Shown piece after piece: positions 19,178 to 28,469 of a DNA stretch of 64,000 nt. The stretch is from a bacterium (GTDB lineage Bacteria > DRYD01). The stretch spans positions 15,341 through 79,340 of the forward strand of contig JBCNVB010000026.1 in assembly GCA_039630415.1 (NCBI GenBank), in the 5' to 3' direction. Under the pieces are notes generated by a model. That model made no database searches and was not told where the DNA came from. It was given only the letters and a program-made list of their open reading frames with translations. Every line of letters begins with the position of its first letter. Positions within the stretch are counted from its first letter, which is position 1. Position numbers and translations under genes: made by a program.

Positions 19178-20842
19178 TTGATGATAGGAACTTTGAATTT
19201 CCTAGCTGATTCTCTTCGAAGGCTCATAGAAGGGCTTAATATAACCTATAAGTACTTTCTAAAGGAACCGATATATACTGTAAACTATCCCATAACTATA
19301 AAAGAGCCTTTTGCAAGATGGAGGGGGAAGGTAAGAGTAAGAGCATTTAATACCAAAGAAACTATATACAAAAGAACCAATTTCTTAAATTATTCATTCA
19401 ATTTACCCCCATGTGTTAGAGGATGTCCTGCTAATGTGGATGCAAGAGGATATGTTATGTTAGCTGGTGAAAAGAATTTTCTAAAATCCCTCAATGAAGA
19501 AGTAGTAAATAACCCAATAGCTTTCTGCTTTGGGAATTTGTGTACAGCTCCATGTGAAACAACATGTAGTAGGGGAGTACAAGACCATAAACCCATAGCT
19601 ATAAGATTAATAAAGAAAGCCATAAGTGAGTATAACATATTAAGTCAGTATAAACAAGATAAGACAGTAAAATATACGGTTGTTTGTGAACCTAGTAATA
19701 AAAGGATTGCTGTAATAGGTGCAGGACCTGCTGGAATAGCAGCAGCGCACAGACTCCTAAGATATGGCCACAACGTTGATGTTTTCGAAAAATATAACTT
19801 CTGTGGAGGTTATCTATACTCTGGAGTAGCATTTTTCAGATTAGATAAAGACCTTATGAATAAAGAATATGAAAATCTGGTAACCTTTACACCAAACGGA
19901 AGAATATTTTACAATGTTACTGTAATCTCTGAAGAGGAAAAAGAAAAGTATTCTAGGGTAATTACGGTTGATGATATAAAAGAAGCGAAAGAACAAATTA
20001 ATCACTTAGAACCATGTGCTATTAGTTTCAGTGATTTGGAAAATAACTATGACGTTGTCATAATAGCAGCTGGAGCAACTAAACCTAGAAAACTCAACCT
20101 AAAAAATGCTGAAAAAGTAAACCTAATTCAAGCAGAATGGTTCTTGGAAGATTGGAATATGGGAATAAGAAGCTATAAAGTAGGAAAAGAAGTGGTAGTA
20201 ATAGGAGGAGGAGGAACGGGAATAGACGCAGCTAGAACATGTAAAAAAGTATTTGCGGATAAGGTAAAAATAGTAGATATACTTGCTAGAGAGGATATAC
20301 CAGTAAGTGAAGAAGAAAAAGTAGAAGCTGAGGAAGATGATGATATAGAATTCATATGCCAGGTTATGCCTTTTGAAGTAGTGGTTGATGAAAATAATCA
20401 AATAAAGGGTTTAAAAGTTGCTAAATGTGTCTATGGACCAACTCTACCAAATGGAAGAAAAAAGATCATTAGAACTAACGAAGAATTTGTAATACCATGT
20501 GATACAATAATCCTAGCAGTTTCCAGAGATATAGAAATACCTTTTGCTCCAAAAGATATAGTAGGGCCAAGAGGAGAGATAGTAGTTGATGGATTTGATA
20601 CTATGGTAAATGGATTTGTTTATAGATTCGGTCAAACAAAAAGAGAGAAAGTATTTGCTGCTGGGGAAGCATGTTATGGTCCTCAACCTGCTATAGTAGC
20701 TGTTGCTAGTGGTAATAGAACAGCTGAAAGAGTCCATTATTACTTAACTAATTCTTTTCCACCTATACTAAGTAATGATTTTGTAAATATTTTGGGTCCT
20801 TTGAATGTACATAAGGTATATCAAAAGGCTGTTTCGTTTTAA
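19178..20842 (+). CDS. NuoI N-terminal segment fused to GltD/DsrL-like FAD-dependent Fe-S oxidoreductase
   Basis: NuoI-like GLNITYKYFLK...TVNYP...RWRG, then PPCVRGCP, CTAPCETTC, FAD motif VIGAGPAG, second nucleotide motif VIGGGGTGIDAAR, and VFAAGE. Confidence 0.8.
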   Translation: MMIGTLNFLADSLRRLIEGLNITYKYFLKEPIYTVNYPITIKEPFARWRGKVRVRAFNTKETIYKRTNFLNYSFNLPPCVRGCPANVDARGYVMLAGEKNFLKSLNEEVVNNPIAFCFGNLCTAPCETTCSRGVQDHKPIAIRLIKKAISEYNILSQYKQDKTVKYTVVCEPSNKRIAVIGAGPAGIAAAHRLLRYGHNVDVFEKYNFCGGYLYSGVAFFRLDKDLMNKEYENLVTFTPNGRIFYNVTVISEEEKEKYSRVITVDDIKEAKEQINHLEPCAISFSDLENNYDVVIIAAGATKPRKLNLKNAEKVNLIQAEWFLEDWNMGIRSYKVGKEVVVIGGGGTGIDAARTCKKVFADKVKIVDILAREDIPVSEEEKVEAEEDDDIEFICQVMPFEVVVDENNQIKGLKVAKCVYGPTLPNGRKKIIRTNEEFVIPCDTIILAVSRDIEIPFAPKDIVGPRGEIVVDGFDTMVNGFVYRFGQTKREKVFAAGEACYGPQPAIVAVASGNRTAERVHYYLTNSFPPILSNDFVNILGPLNVHKVYQKAVSF

Positions 20843-20867
20843 ATGTGGCTGGGAGTAGGAGGAAAAT

Positions 20868-21254
20868 ATGGCTAAAATACCAGAGTATGTAAGGCAGGCA
20901 GTGGATATAAATGAATATAGCATAGAAGAGGGTATAAGGTGTTTGAGTTGTGAGAGCGGAGTTTGTATAGCTTGTGGATACTGTGCACAAATATGTCCAG
21001 TAAAAGCAATAAGAATGGAGGTATTACAGGACGATCTTGGAAGAACAATAGTGGAAAAATTTGAAATAAACGTAAGTGCATGTATATTTTGTGGGCTATG
21101 TGAACAAATATGTCCCACCAAAGTTATAGAAATGGAAAATACCTATGAATTTGCTGTTTATAACCAACAGGATGTTGTAAGAATGGATGAATACTTTGAA
21201 TACGATGAAAAAAAATCCTTCGATAAAAGAATAATTGTTAAAAACAAGAAATAA
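20868..21254 (+). CDS. nuoI: 2x[4Fe-4S] protein corresponding to the NuoI ferredoxin/C-terminal part
   Basis: CIACGYCAQICP, FEINVSACIFCGLCEQICP..IEMENTYEFAVY (NuoI-type tail); own AGGAGG RBS. Confidence 0.7.
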   Translation: MAKIPEYVRQAVDINEYSIEEGIRCLSCESGVCIACGYCAQICPVKAIRMEVLQDDLGRTIVEKFEINVSACIFCGLCEQICPTKVIEMENTYEFAVYNQQDVVRMDEYFEYDEKKSFDKRIIVKNKK

Positions 21255-21258
21255 TAGA

Positions 21259-21981
21259 ATGCCAAGAAAAAAAGTAACCAAGAATATTAGAAGAATCACC
21301 GAAAAAAGCGTTGACAAAGAAATAGGAGAGGGAATTTTCTCAGCTAATCAATTGGAACAGCAAAAAGATGAAGAATTAGTAGAACTTGCAAAACAAGGAA
21401 ATTTAGAGGCTAAAAAGATTCTAATACAAAGATATTCAAAATTCCTGTTTTCCAAAGTGATACCTTTTTACATACCTGGTGGAGAGAGAGAGGATATAAT
21501 ACAGGAAGCATACATTGGCTTTTTGAAAGCTATAGAAGATTTTGATAAAAATAAAGGTAGTTTTTTCAACTTTGTAAATATATGTGTACAAAGACAGATA
21601 ACTACTGCAATAAAATCATCAAATAGAAATAAATCAAAAGTATTAAGGAATCCTATATCTCTTGAATCTAGCATTTTTGATGAGGATTCTGGAGAGAAGA
21701 GTCTTTATGATTATATTATGCCGTCAAAAATTATTCAAGGATCTTATCAGGAAATCTCTATTGAGGATGCCATTATAGATTTCATAGAAAAAAATCAAAT
21801 AAAAGAAACTCTATTATCAAGGCTAACTCCAAAAGAAAAAGAAATTTTGAAGTTAAGGTCTCAGGGATTAACATACCAGGAAATAGCAAACAAAATGAAT
21901 ATTTCCTCTAAATCAGTTGATAATGCTTTACAAAGAATAAGAAAGAAAATAAAAAACTTAATAGATAACATGGAGGTATAG
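21259..21981 (+). CDS. sigH: RNA polymerase sigma factor, SigH (Spo0H)-like
   Basis: GGEREDIIQEAYIGFLKAIEDF, CVQRQITTAIKSSNRNK, KSVDNALQRIRKK, close to the Bacillota SigH pattern. Start taken at ATG 21259. Confidence 0.8.
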   Translation: MPRKKVTKNIRRITEKSVDKEIGEGIFSANQLEQQKDEELVELAKQGNLEAKKILIQRYSKFLFSKVIPFYIPGGEREDIIQEAYIGFLKAIEDFDKNKGSFFNFVNICVQRQITTAIKSSNRNKSKVLRNPISLESSIFDEDSGEKSLYDYIMPSKIIQGSYQEISIEDAIIDFIEKNQIKETLLSRLTPKEKEILKLRSQGLTYQEIANKMNISSKSVDNALQRIRKKIKNLIDNMEV

Positions 21982-21982
21982 T

Positions 21983-23191
21983 ATGCAGGTATTTCCTTAT
22001 ACAGAGGAATCTATACAAAAGGCTAAAGAGTATTTCAAGGATTTAATTATCGAACAATTCAAGAGGATAGAAAAAATAAAGGAGAATAGAGAAATAACTG
22101 ACTTTACTACTTTAAGGCCTATAAAGATAGGCTTTATTGGTGGAGATGGTATTGGCCCCTATATTGTAAAAGAGGCTAGAAGAATTTTAGAAATACTTCT
22201 AAAGGATGAATTAGAAAGAAAAGAAATAATTTTTGAAGATATTGAAGGGTTAACTATTGAAAGAAGAATAGAGGTTGGAAAACCAGTACCTGATGATGTG
22301 ATGCAGAAGATACTTGAATGTAACGCACTTTTGAAGGGACCAACGACAACTCCAAAGGCTGGTGAGGGTGTTCCTAACATAGAAAGTGCTAACGTATACC
22401 TGAGAAAAGTGCTTGATTTATTCGCAAATGTAAGACCAATAAGTATACCTAATGAAAATATAAACTGGGTCTTTTTTAGGGAAAACACTGAAGATATATA
22501 TACCTTGGGATCTAAGGGTATAGAGTTCGAGAACTACCTCGGTATTGATTTCAGGATAACTAGTTATATTGGAAGCTATAGGATAATAAAAATGGCTTTT
22601 GAATATGCAAGAAAAAACGGATATAACAGAGTAACAGCGGTAAATAAGGCGAATGTCATAAAGACTACCGATGGAATATTTCTTAAAGTTTTTTATGATG
22701 TTGCAAAAGAATATCCAGATATACAAGCAGATGATTGGTTTATAGACATTATGACAGCTAAATTAATTGATAAAAAGAGAAGATCAGAATTTCAAATATT
22801 TGTTTTACCTAATTTATTTGGGGATATACTTACTGATGAGGCTGCTGAAATTCAGGGTGGGGTTGGAACTGCCGGATCAGCTAACATCGGGGCAAATTAT
22901 GCTATGTTTGAAGCTATTCATGGTAGTGCACCCAGAATGGTGCAGGAAAATAGGCAACACTATGCAGATCCATCTAGTATAATTAAAGCTTCTTCTATGC
23001 TTTTAGAATACATAGGTTATAAAACTATTGCTACTAAAATAGATATAGCTCTCAATGTTGCTAGTATTGAAAGGAAGGTAGTTATAACAGGAAGAAATGA
23101 TGGGGCTACTACCAGACAATACGCTGACTACTTACTTTCTCTTATAACTGATCCTTACCTTGAAGAAAAGTACTTTAAATATCTCAAGTAA
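21983..23191 (+). CDS. icd: Isocitrate/isopropylmalate dehydrogenase family; probably isocitrate dehydrogenase
   Basis: GDGIGP, LKGPTTTP, ESANV.LRK.LDLFANVRP, RENTE, KANVIK, PNLFGDILTDEAA, FEAIHGSAP; adjacent to mdh and citrate synthase. Confidence 0.8.
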   Translation: MQVFPYTEESIQKAKEYFKDLIIEQFKRIEKIKENREITDFTTLRPIKIGFIGGDGIGPYIVKEARRILEILLKDELERKEIIFEDIEGLTIERRIEVGKPVPDDVMQKILECNALLKGPTTTPKAGEGVPNIESANVYLRKVLDLFANVRPISIPNENINWVFFRENTEDIYTLGSKGIEFENYLGIDFRITSYIGSYRIIKMAFEYARKNGYNRVTAVNKANVIKTTDGIFLKVFYDVAKEYPDIQADDWFIDIMTAKLIDKKRRSEFQIFVLPNLFGDILTDEAAEIQGGVGTAGSANIGANYAMFEAIHGSAPRMVQENRQHYADPSSIIKASSMLLEYIGYKTIATKIDIALNVASIERKVVITGRNDGATTRQYADYLLSLITDPYLEEKYFKYLK

Positions 23192-23228
23192 TACTGGCAA
23201 AATATTTTTAACATAAGGGGGGAAGAAG

Positions 23229-24185
23229 ATGATGGCTTTTAAAATCTCTATAGTTGGGGCGGGTAATGTAGGAGCTACTTTAGCTTTAATGTTAGCACAA
23301 CATGAAATGTGTAATACTGTTGTAATGATAGATGTAATTCAAGACATGCCCAAAGGAAAAGCTCTTGATATGATGCAAATGTTATCACTATATGGATCGG
23401 ATGTAAAAGTAATAGGCTCAAATTCGTATGATGCTCTTGAAAATAGTGATATGGTCATTGTCACGGCGGGAGTAGCTAGAAAACCTTCAATGTCAAGAGA
23501 GGATTTATTAACCACAAATGCTTCTATCGTTAAGGAAGTTTCTGAAAACATTTCAAGATATTGTTCTCCTGAAACTATAGTCATAGTAGTTTCCAATCCG
23601 TTAGATGTTATGACTTACTTAACTTACAAGATACTATCTTCTAGAGGATGGGCCAGAGAAAAAATTATGGGAATGGCAGGCGTTCTAGATACAGCAAGAT
23701 TTAAATATTTCATATCCCAAAAAATAAATGTTTCTAATGAAAATATAGAGGCATTGGTTTTAGGTAGTCATGGTGATACTATGGTTCCCATAATAAGTCA
23801 CACTACTGTAGGTGGTATACCTTTAAGAAGATTGCTTAAGCAGGAAGAAATAGATTATTTAGTTGAGAAAACGAGAAATGGTGGAGCTGAAATAGTTTCT
23901 TTATTAAAAACTGGTTCTGCATACTATGCGCCCGCTGCCTCCACTCTCACTATGATAAAATCCATCTTATTCGATAAAAAACAAATCTTACCAGTATCTG
24001 TTTACTGTAAAGGTGAATACGGATATAATGATCTCGTAATAGGTCTTCCAGTAGTATTATCCAGGAATGGAATAGATAAGATAGTTGAAATACAACTTGA
24101 TGATAATGAAAAGCAACAATTAGATAAATCTGCTCAAAAAATAGAAGCTCTTTGTAAGGAACTCTATACACTAAATTTGGTTTGA
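23229..24185 (+). CDS. mdh: Malate dehydrogenase (LDH-like)
   Basis: GAGNVG, TAGVARKPSMSREDL, SNPLD, GMAGVLDTARF, HGDTMVP, GSAYYAPA. Confidence 0.95.
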   Translation: MMAFKISIVGAGNVGATLALMLAQHEMCNTVVMIDVIQDMPKGKALDMMQMLSLYGSDVKVIGSNSYDALENSDMVIVTAGVARKPSMSREDLLTTNASIVKEVSENISRYCSPETIVIVVSNPLDVMTYLTYKILSSRGWAREKIMGMAGVLDTARFKYFISQKINVSNENIEALVLGSHGDTMVPIISHTTVGGIPLRRLLKQEEIDYLVEKTRNGGAEIVSLLKTGSAYYAPAASTLTMIKSILFDKKQILPVSVYCKGEYGYNDLVIGLPVVLSRNGIDKIVEIQLDDNEKQQLDKSAQKIEALCKELYTLNLV

Positions 24186-24234
24186 ATAATTTAAATATCA
24201 TGAACTTAACTTAGGTAGGTTGGGAGGAGTATAT

Positions 24235-25557
24235 ATGAAAGTAAAGGTTACTTTGTTTGAAAAAATGGAAGACATAGTTGAAAGCTGGAGAAAGGAGTAC
24301 AAAGAAATACAGAGTACTTATGGTAGTGAGGTGATTGCAGATGTAAAAGTTTCCCAAGTTCTAGGTGGAATGAGAGATATACCTTCTTTGGTATGTGAAA
24401 CCTCTTTCGTTGATCCATATGAAGGTATAAAATTCAGGGGTTACAGTATTCCAGAGGTTATGAAATTGCTCCCTAAAGTATCGGACTTCCCTTACGTTTT
24501 GGGAATTTGGTACTTATTACTAACAGGTCAAATCCCAACCAAAGATGAAGTGGAGGAATTAGAGAGTTACATAAAAATAAGGGAGAAACTTCCACAATAT
24601 GTGGTGGAAATTCTGAGGAGTATTCCCTCAAACACCCATCCCATGACGCAGTTTGCGATGGCGATTCTTTCAATGCAGAGAGAATCAGTATTTGCTAAAA
24701 GATACTATGAAGGGATGTCTAAGAAGGATTTATGGAAGCCAATGTTAGAAGATAGTATAAATCTAATAGCTAGGGCTCCCGTAATAGCAGCATATATTTA
24801 TCGTAGAACTTACAGGGATGATGTTTTTGTTATGCCTGATCAGAGTTTGGATTACGGTGCGAATTTTGCTAAGATGCTACATGTAAATAACGACTTTTCG
24901 TTAGATAAGGACTTTGCTGATTTGGTAAGATTGTATTTGATTCTACATAGTGATCATGAAGGGGGAAATGTAAGTGCGCATGCTTGTTTTAATATAAGTT
25001 CTGCACTAGCTGATATATACTACTCTGTTTCTGGTGGAATGTGTGGATTAGCTGGTCCATTGCATGGTAATGCAAGTAGTGAATCTCTTAGATGGATACT
25101 TGATATTCTAAGATTCTTTAACGGTTTACCTTCAAAAGAAAAGCTTCACGAATACGTATCTTCGTATTTAGCTTCTGGTAAGGTCATACCGGGATTTGGA
25201 CATGCAGTACTTAGGGTAGTTGATCCAAGATATACAGCTTTTGCAGAATTTGTCAAAGCTAAGAATTTAGATTCTGATGTTCTTAGGTTAGTTAGGATGC
25301 TGTATGAAGTGGTTCCAGAAATTTTGAAAGCTACGGGTAAAGTTAAAGATCCATATCCAAATGTAGATGGTCATTCAGGAGCTACTCTTTATCACTATAA
25401 TTTAAAGGAACATGAATTTTACACTGTTATGTTTGGGGTATCCAGGATAATGGGAATGACTGCACAAGTTATATGGGCTAGAGCTGTGGGATACCCCATT
25501 GAAAGACCTAAATCTCTTACCCTAAATCATATTAAACAATTGGCAACTAAGACTTAG
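24235..25557 (+). CDS. gltA: Citrate (Si)-synthase, eukaryotic-like type
   Basis: LGGMR, ETS, GIKFRGYSIPE, HSDHEGGNVSAH, GLAGPLHG, PGFGHAVLR..DPRY, PNVDGHSG, IERPKS. Start at ATG 24235 after GGAGG. Confidence 0.92.
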   Translation: MKVKVTLFEKMEDIVESWRKEYKEIQSTYGSEVIADVKVSQVLGGMRDIPSLVCETSFVDPYEGIKFRGYSIPEVMKLLPKVSDFPYVLGIWYLLLTGQIPTKDEVEELESYIKIREKLPQYVVEILRSIPSNTHPMTQFAMAILSMQRESVFAKRYYEGMSKKDLWKPMLEDSINLIARAPVIAAYIYRRTYRDDVFVMPDQSLDYGANFAKMLHVNNDFSLDKDFADLVRLYLILHSDHEGGNVSAHACFNISSALADIYYSVSGGMCGLAGPLHGNASSESLRWILDILRFFNGLPSKEKLHEYVSSYLASGKVIPGFGHAVLRVVDPRYTAFAEFVKAKNLDSDVLRLVRMLYEVVPEILKATGKVKDPYPNVDGHSGATLYHYNLKEHEFYTVMFGVSRIMGMTAQVIWARAVGYPIERPKSLTLNHIKQLATKT

Positions 25558-25629
25558 CAAAAATACAAGGTAATAAAATTTATTACGTAGAATTCTATTA
25601 ATAAATCCCATTGAAATGGAGGTATCGTT

Positions 25630-25956
25630 ATGGCTGAGCAAACTACTAATAAGAAACAAAAAAGAAAACTTAAAAAAAGAAAAATACTCAGAAAGGTAGC
25701 TAAAAGAACTCTCAGAAATAAGCAAATTATGAAGAAAATAAAAGTAATGTCTAAGAACATAAAGAAAACAATAGCTAGTTTGGTTGGTTCAAATTCACTA
25801 TCTAATTCAGAATTGCAACAAATACAGAATATGATAGGTAATTTCTATAAAGAAGTAGACAGGGCAGTATCAAAGGGAGTAATGCACAAAAACGAAGCCG
25901 CTAGAAGAAAATCAAGAATAACCAAGTATTTTAATAATGTTCTTAGCAAAAAGTAA
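25630..25956 (+). CDS. rpsT: 30S ribosomal protein S20
   Basis: KRTLRNK, VDRAVSKGVMHKNEAARRKSRI; GGAGG RBS. Confidence 0.9.
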   Translation: MAEQTTNKKQKRKLKKRKILRKVAKRTLRNKQIMKKIKVMSKNIKKTIASLVGSNSLSNSELQQIQNMIGNFYKEVDRAVSKGVMHKNEAARRKSRITKYFNNVLSKK

Positions 25957-25974
25957 AAACAAGGAGAGATAGGT

Positions 25975-26331
25975 ATGAGAATAAAAAGAGGAGTTATAAA
26001 AAAGAAAGCTCATAAAAAAGTACTCAAACTTGCAAGAGGTTATAGAGGAGCAAGGAGTAGAAGATTTAAAGTAGCTAATGAAGCTCTTTTACATGCTGGA
26101 AAATATGCTCACAGAGATAGAAGACAAAAAAAGAGAGAATTCAGAAAACTATGGATAGAAAGAATTAATGCAGCGTGTAGAATGTTCAACTTAAGCTATA
26201 GTAAGTTCATTAATCTTCTGAAGAAAAATAATATAAAAATAGATCGAAAAAATTTGCAACTTCTAGCTGTTGAAAACTTTGATCAATTCAAGGAATTAGT
26301 AAGTTCACTAGCTAATAATCCTGTATCCTAG
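25975..26331 (+). CDS. rplT: 50S ribosomal protein L20
   Basis: [40 protein letters not shown]. Confidence 0.97.
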   Translation: MRIKRGVIKKKAHKKVLKLARGYRGARSRRFKVANEALLHAGKYAHRDRRQKKREFRKLWIERINAACRMFNLSYSKFINLLKKNNIKIDRKNLQLLAVENFDQFKELVSSLANNPVS

Positions 26332-26367
26332 GCGAATGGGTTTGTATTCCAGGTAAAGATTATAACT

Positions 26368-27240
26368 TTATTCAACTAAGGATCTGTAGTAGTGCATTTT
26401 TTTCAGTAAGGAAAAGAAAAAATTTCTCAGAAACCTGTTATTTATACGTGTAAGATTCTGTATTAAAAAACTATACAGGAAGGACTTGGAGAGCAGGTAG
26501 TAGAAATTTTTAGCTGGGAAGTAATAGCCGGTAGCGAGTTTTACTCTCATAGTACGATATAAATTGTAATAGATCTTAGCGCTAATAGCTCTTTTGGTTT
26601 CTGTTTCAAGAATTTTGGGGATATTATCGATAGATGGAGCAGGTTTATAATGATAGCCTATAGCTTTGTTGTTTATAATAAGTTTAAGTCCAAGTTTTCT
26701 TAGCTTGTATCCCATTTCAATATCTTCCCAGCCATATTTTTCGAATTTTTCATAAAACATACCAGCTTTGATAAGATACTTTCTTCTTACTGAAACGTTA
26801 CTGGTCCAGAAAAAAGAGGTTGAAAAATCTGCTAGTTTAAATTTAGGTTTTTCAGGAATTTGTAGTTCAGTTACATGATTAACCCAGCCTCTTACGACCA
26901 CTTTTTCTTTTTGTCTGTGTACCTTGTAGTGTTCCAGAATCAAGTTTTTATCAGCTAGAACGTCATCATCTATGAACAAAATTACTTCGCATTCTGTATT
27001 TTTTATTCCATTATTTCTGGCTATGGGTAGACCTAGGTTGGGTTGATTTATAAGTTTGAGATTGTATGAAACTTTATTTGATAGTTCCTTTACTAGTTTT
27101 TCTGTTTGATCCGTACTTCCGTCGTTAATTACAATTACTTCATACAGATCTTTTGTAATGGTTTGGTTTTCCAGGGAAAGAAGAACTTTTTCAAGTATAT
27201 TTGCTCTATTAAAGGTGCTGATTTGTACAGATATTTTCAT
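26368..27240 (-). CDS. Glycosyltransferase family 2
   Basis: STFNR, INDGSTD, ARNNG, FIDDD, YGWEDIEMGY. Confidence 0.88.
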   Translation of the reverse strand: MKISVQISTFNRANILEKVLLSLENQTITKDLYEVIVINDGSTDQTEKLVKELSNKVSYNLKLINQPNLGLPIARNNGIKNTECEVILFIDDDVLADKNLILEHYKVHRQKEKVVVRGWVNHVTELQIPEKPKFKLADFSTSFFWTSNVSVRRKYLIKAGMFYEKFEKYGWEDIEMGYKLRKLGLKLIINNKAIGYHYKPAPSIDNIPKILETETKRAISAKIYYNLYRTMRVKLATGYYFPAKNFYYLLSKSFLYSFLIQNLTRINNRFLRNFFFSLLKKMHYYRSLVE

Positions 27241-27242
27241 GT

Positions 27243-28469
27243 TTACCAGTTAGAATAGATGTAGTTTAGTATTTGTTCTTCTATTACTTTCGCTTGGTAA
27301 GTATAGGGTCCATTGTATATTATGCTAAAGGAGTACCATTTATTTTTTTTAGTTTTGACGTATCCTGCAAGTGAAGACACATCATTAAGTGTTCCTGTTT
27401 TTGCTTTTATTGTTCTTGGTAGGTTTCTTTTTTGGAGTGTTCCTTCGTTGTAACCTGGTAGAGTGTAGATTAGGTAGGGTAGTAAATAGTAATCATCCAT
27501 TAAGGATAGAAGCATGGCTAGTGAGTAGCAGTTTATTCTGTTTTTTCTAGATAATCCGCATCCATCATCCATAACTATGCCTAACCCGGAGTATTCTTGA
27601 TTTATATCGAATTTTTTTTCAAATTTGAGTTTATAGTATAGTTTTTGTGAAATAAAATTATCACTCCAGAAGTTTTGTTGCTTGAGTGCCTGAATGAGAA
27701 AGCAAGTAGGAAAGGATCCAATATTATCGTAGTGATTATAATCTACAGTTGTTTTTAATGTTACGTTGACATTGTATCCCAAATCTATGAAAAGTTTTCT
27801 TATTATTTTTTTGATATACTCTTCTGGTGAGGGGTATACATACCAGTAAGCTCCATCTATGTATGTTAGGTTGGATATTAAGTTTGATAGTATGTTTTGA
27901 TCTTGTAGTTCTGGAAAAGCCGATGGGTATATAGTTAATTTGTCTTGAATTCTTTGTATTTTTATCATGTTTTGGTTAAAGGAAAAGGTTGATATGTAGG
28001 GTGCAAAAGGTTCTCCTTCGTATATTTTCCATGATTCGGGATAGTAAGATGGTAAGCTATTATCTATTTCTACGGTTTGTATGTTTTCTATTTGATTTGC
28101 TTCTAAGATATTTCTTATTCCTTCCTTTAGAAAATTGTATGGATCTGGGATTATTTCTTCTATTAAGGAGGGATTATAGTTTGAGCTAATCAGAATCCTA
28201 TTATCTCTTTTGTATATTTGAACTTCAAAGACGTAGTATGGACTTAGTACTGATAGTGCGTTTATTGTGGTTATTAATTTAGCTACTGAAGCGGGTATTA
28301 GTTGTTCTTTTGCATTCCTTTGATATACGAGTTCATTTGTGTATAAGTCAAAAACTGCTATAGAGTTTTTGAGTTGGATTAAGTTTTCTGGTATTGTTCT
28401 TGAATAAATTGGATATAGGAGTATTATAGTTATGATTACCAGTAATTTTAAGAAGTGAGTAGGGAGCAT
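27243..28469 (-). CDS. dacB: D-alanyl-D-alanine carboxypeptidase/endopeptidase (peptidase S13, PBP4)
   Basis: PASVAK (SxxK), SDN, DGCGLSR, AKTGTL; N-terminal hydrophobic segment. Confidence 0.85.
   Translation of the reverse strand: MLPTHFLKLLVIITIILLYPIYSRTIPENLIQLKNSIAVFDLYTNELVYQRNAKEQLIPASVAKLITTINALSVLSPYYVFEVQIYKRDNRILISSNYNPSLIEEIIPDPYNFLKEGIRNILEANQIENIQTVEIDNSLPSYYPESWKIYEGEPFAPYISTFSFNQNMIKIQRIQDKLTIYPSAFPELQDQNILSNLISNLTYIDGAYWYVYPSPEEYIKKIIRKLFIDLGYNVNVTLKTTVDYNHYDNIGSFPTCFLIQALKQQNFWSDNFISQKLYYKLKFEKKFDINQEYSGLGIVMDDGCGLSRKNRINCYSLAMLLSLMDDYYLLPYLIYTLPGYNEGTLQKRNLPRTIKAKTGTLNDVSSLAGYVKTKKNKWYSFSIIYNGPYTYQAKVIEEQILNYIYSNW

Noticed and set aside
20820-20870. Possible frameshift or selenocysteine readthrough joining the flavoprotein and ferredoxin ORFs
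   Set aside because: The stop is TAA, and the second ORF has its own AGGAGG RBS and ATG, so a genuine two-gene split is more likely.
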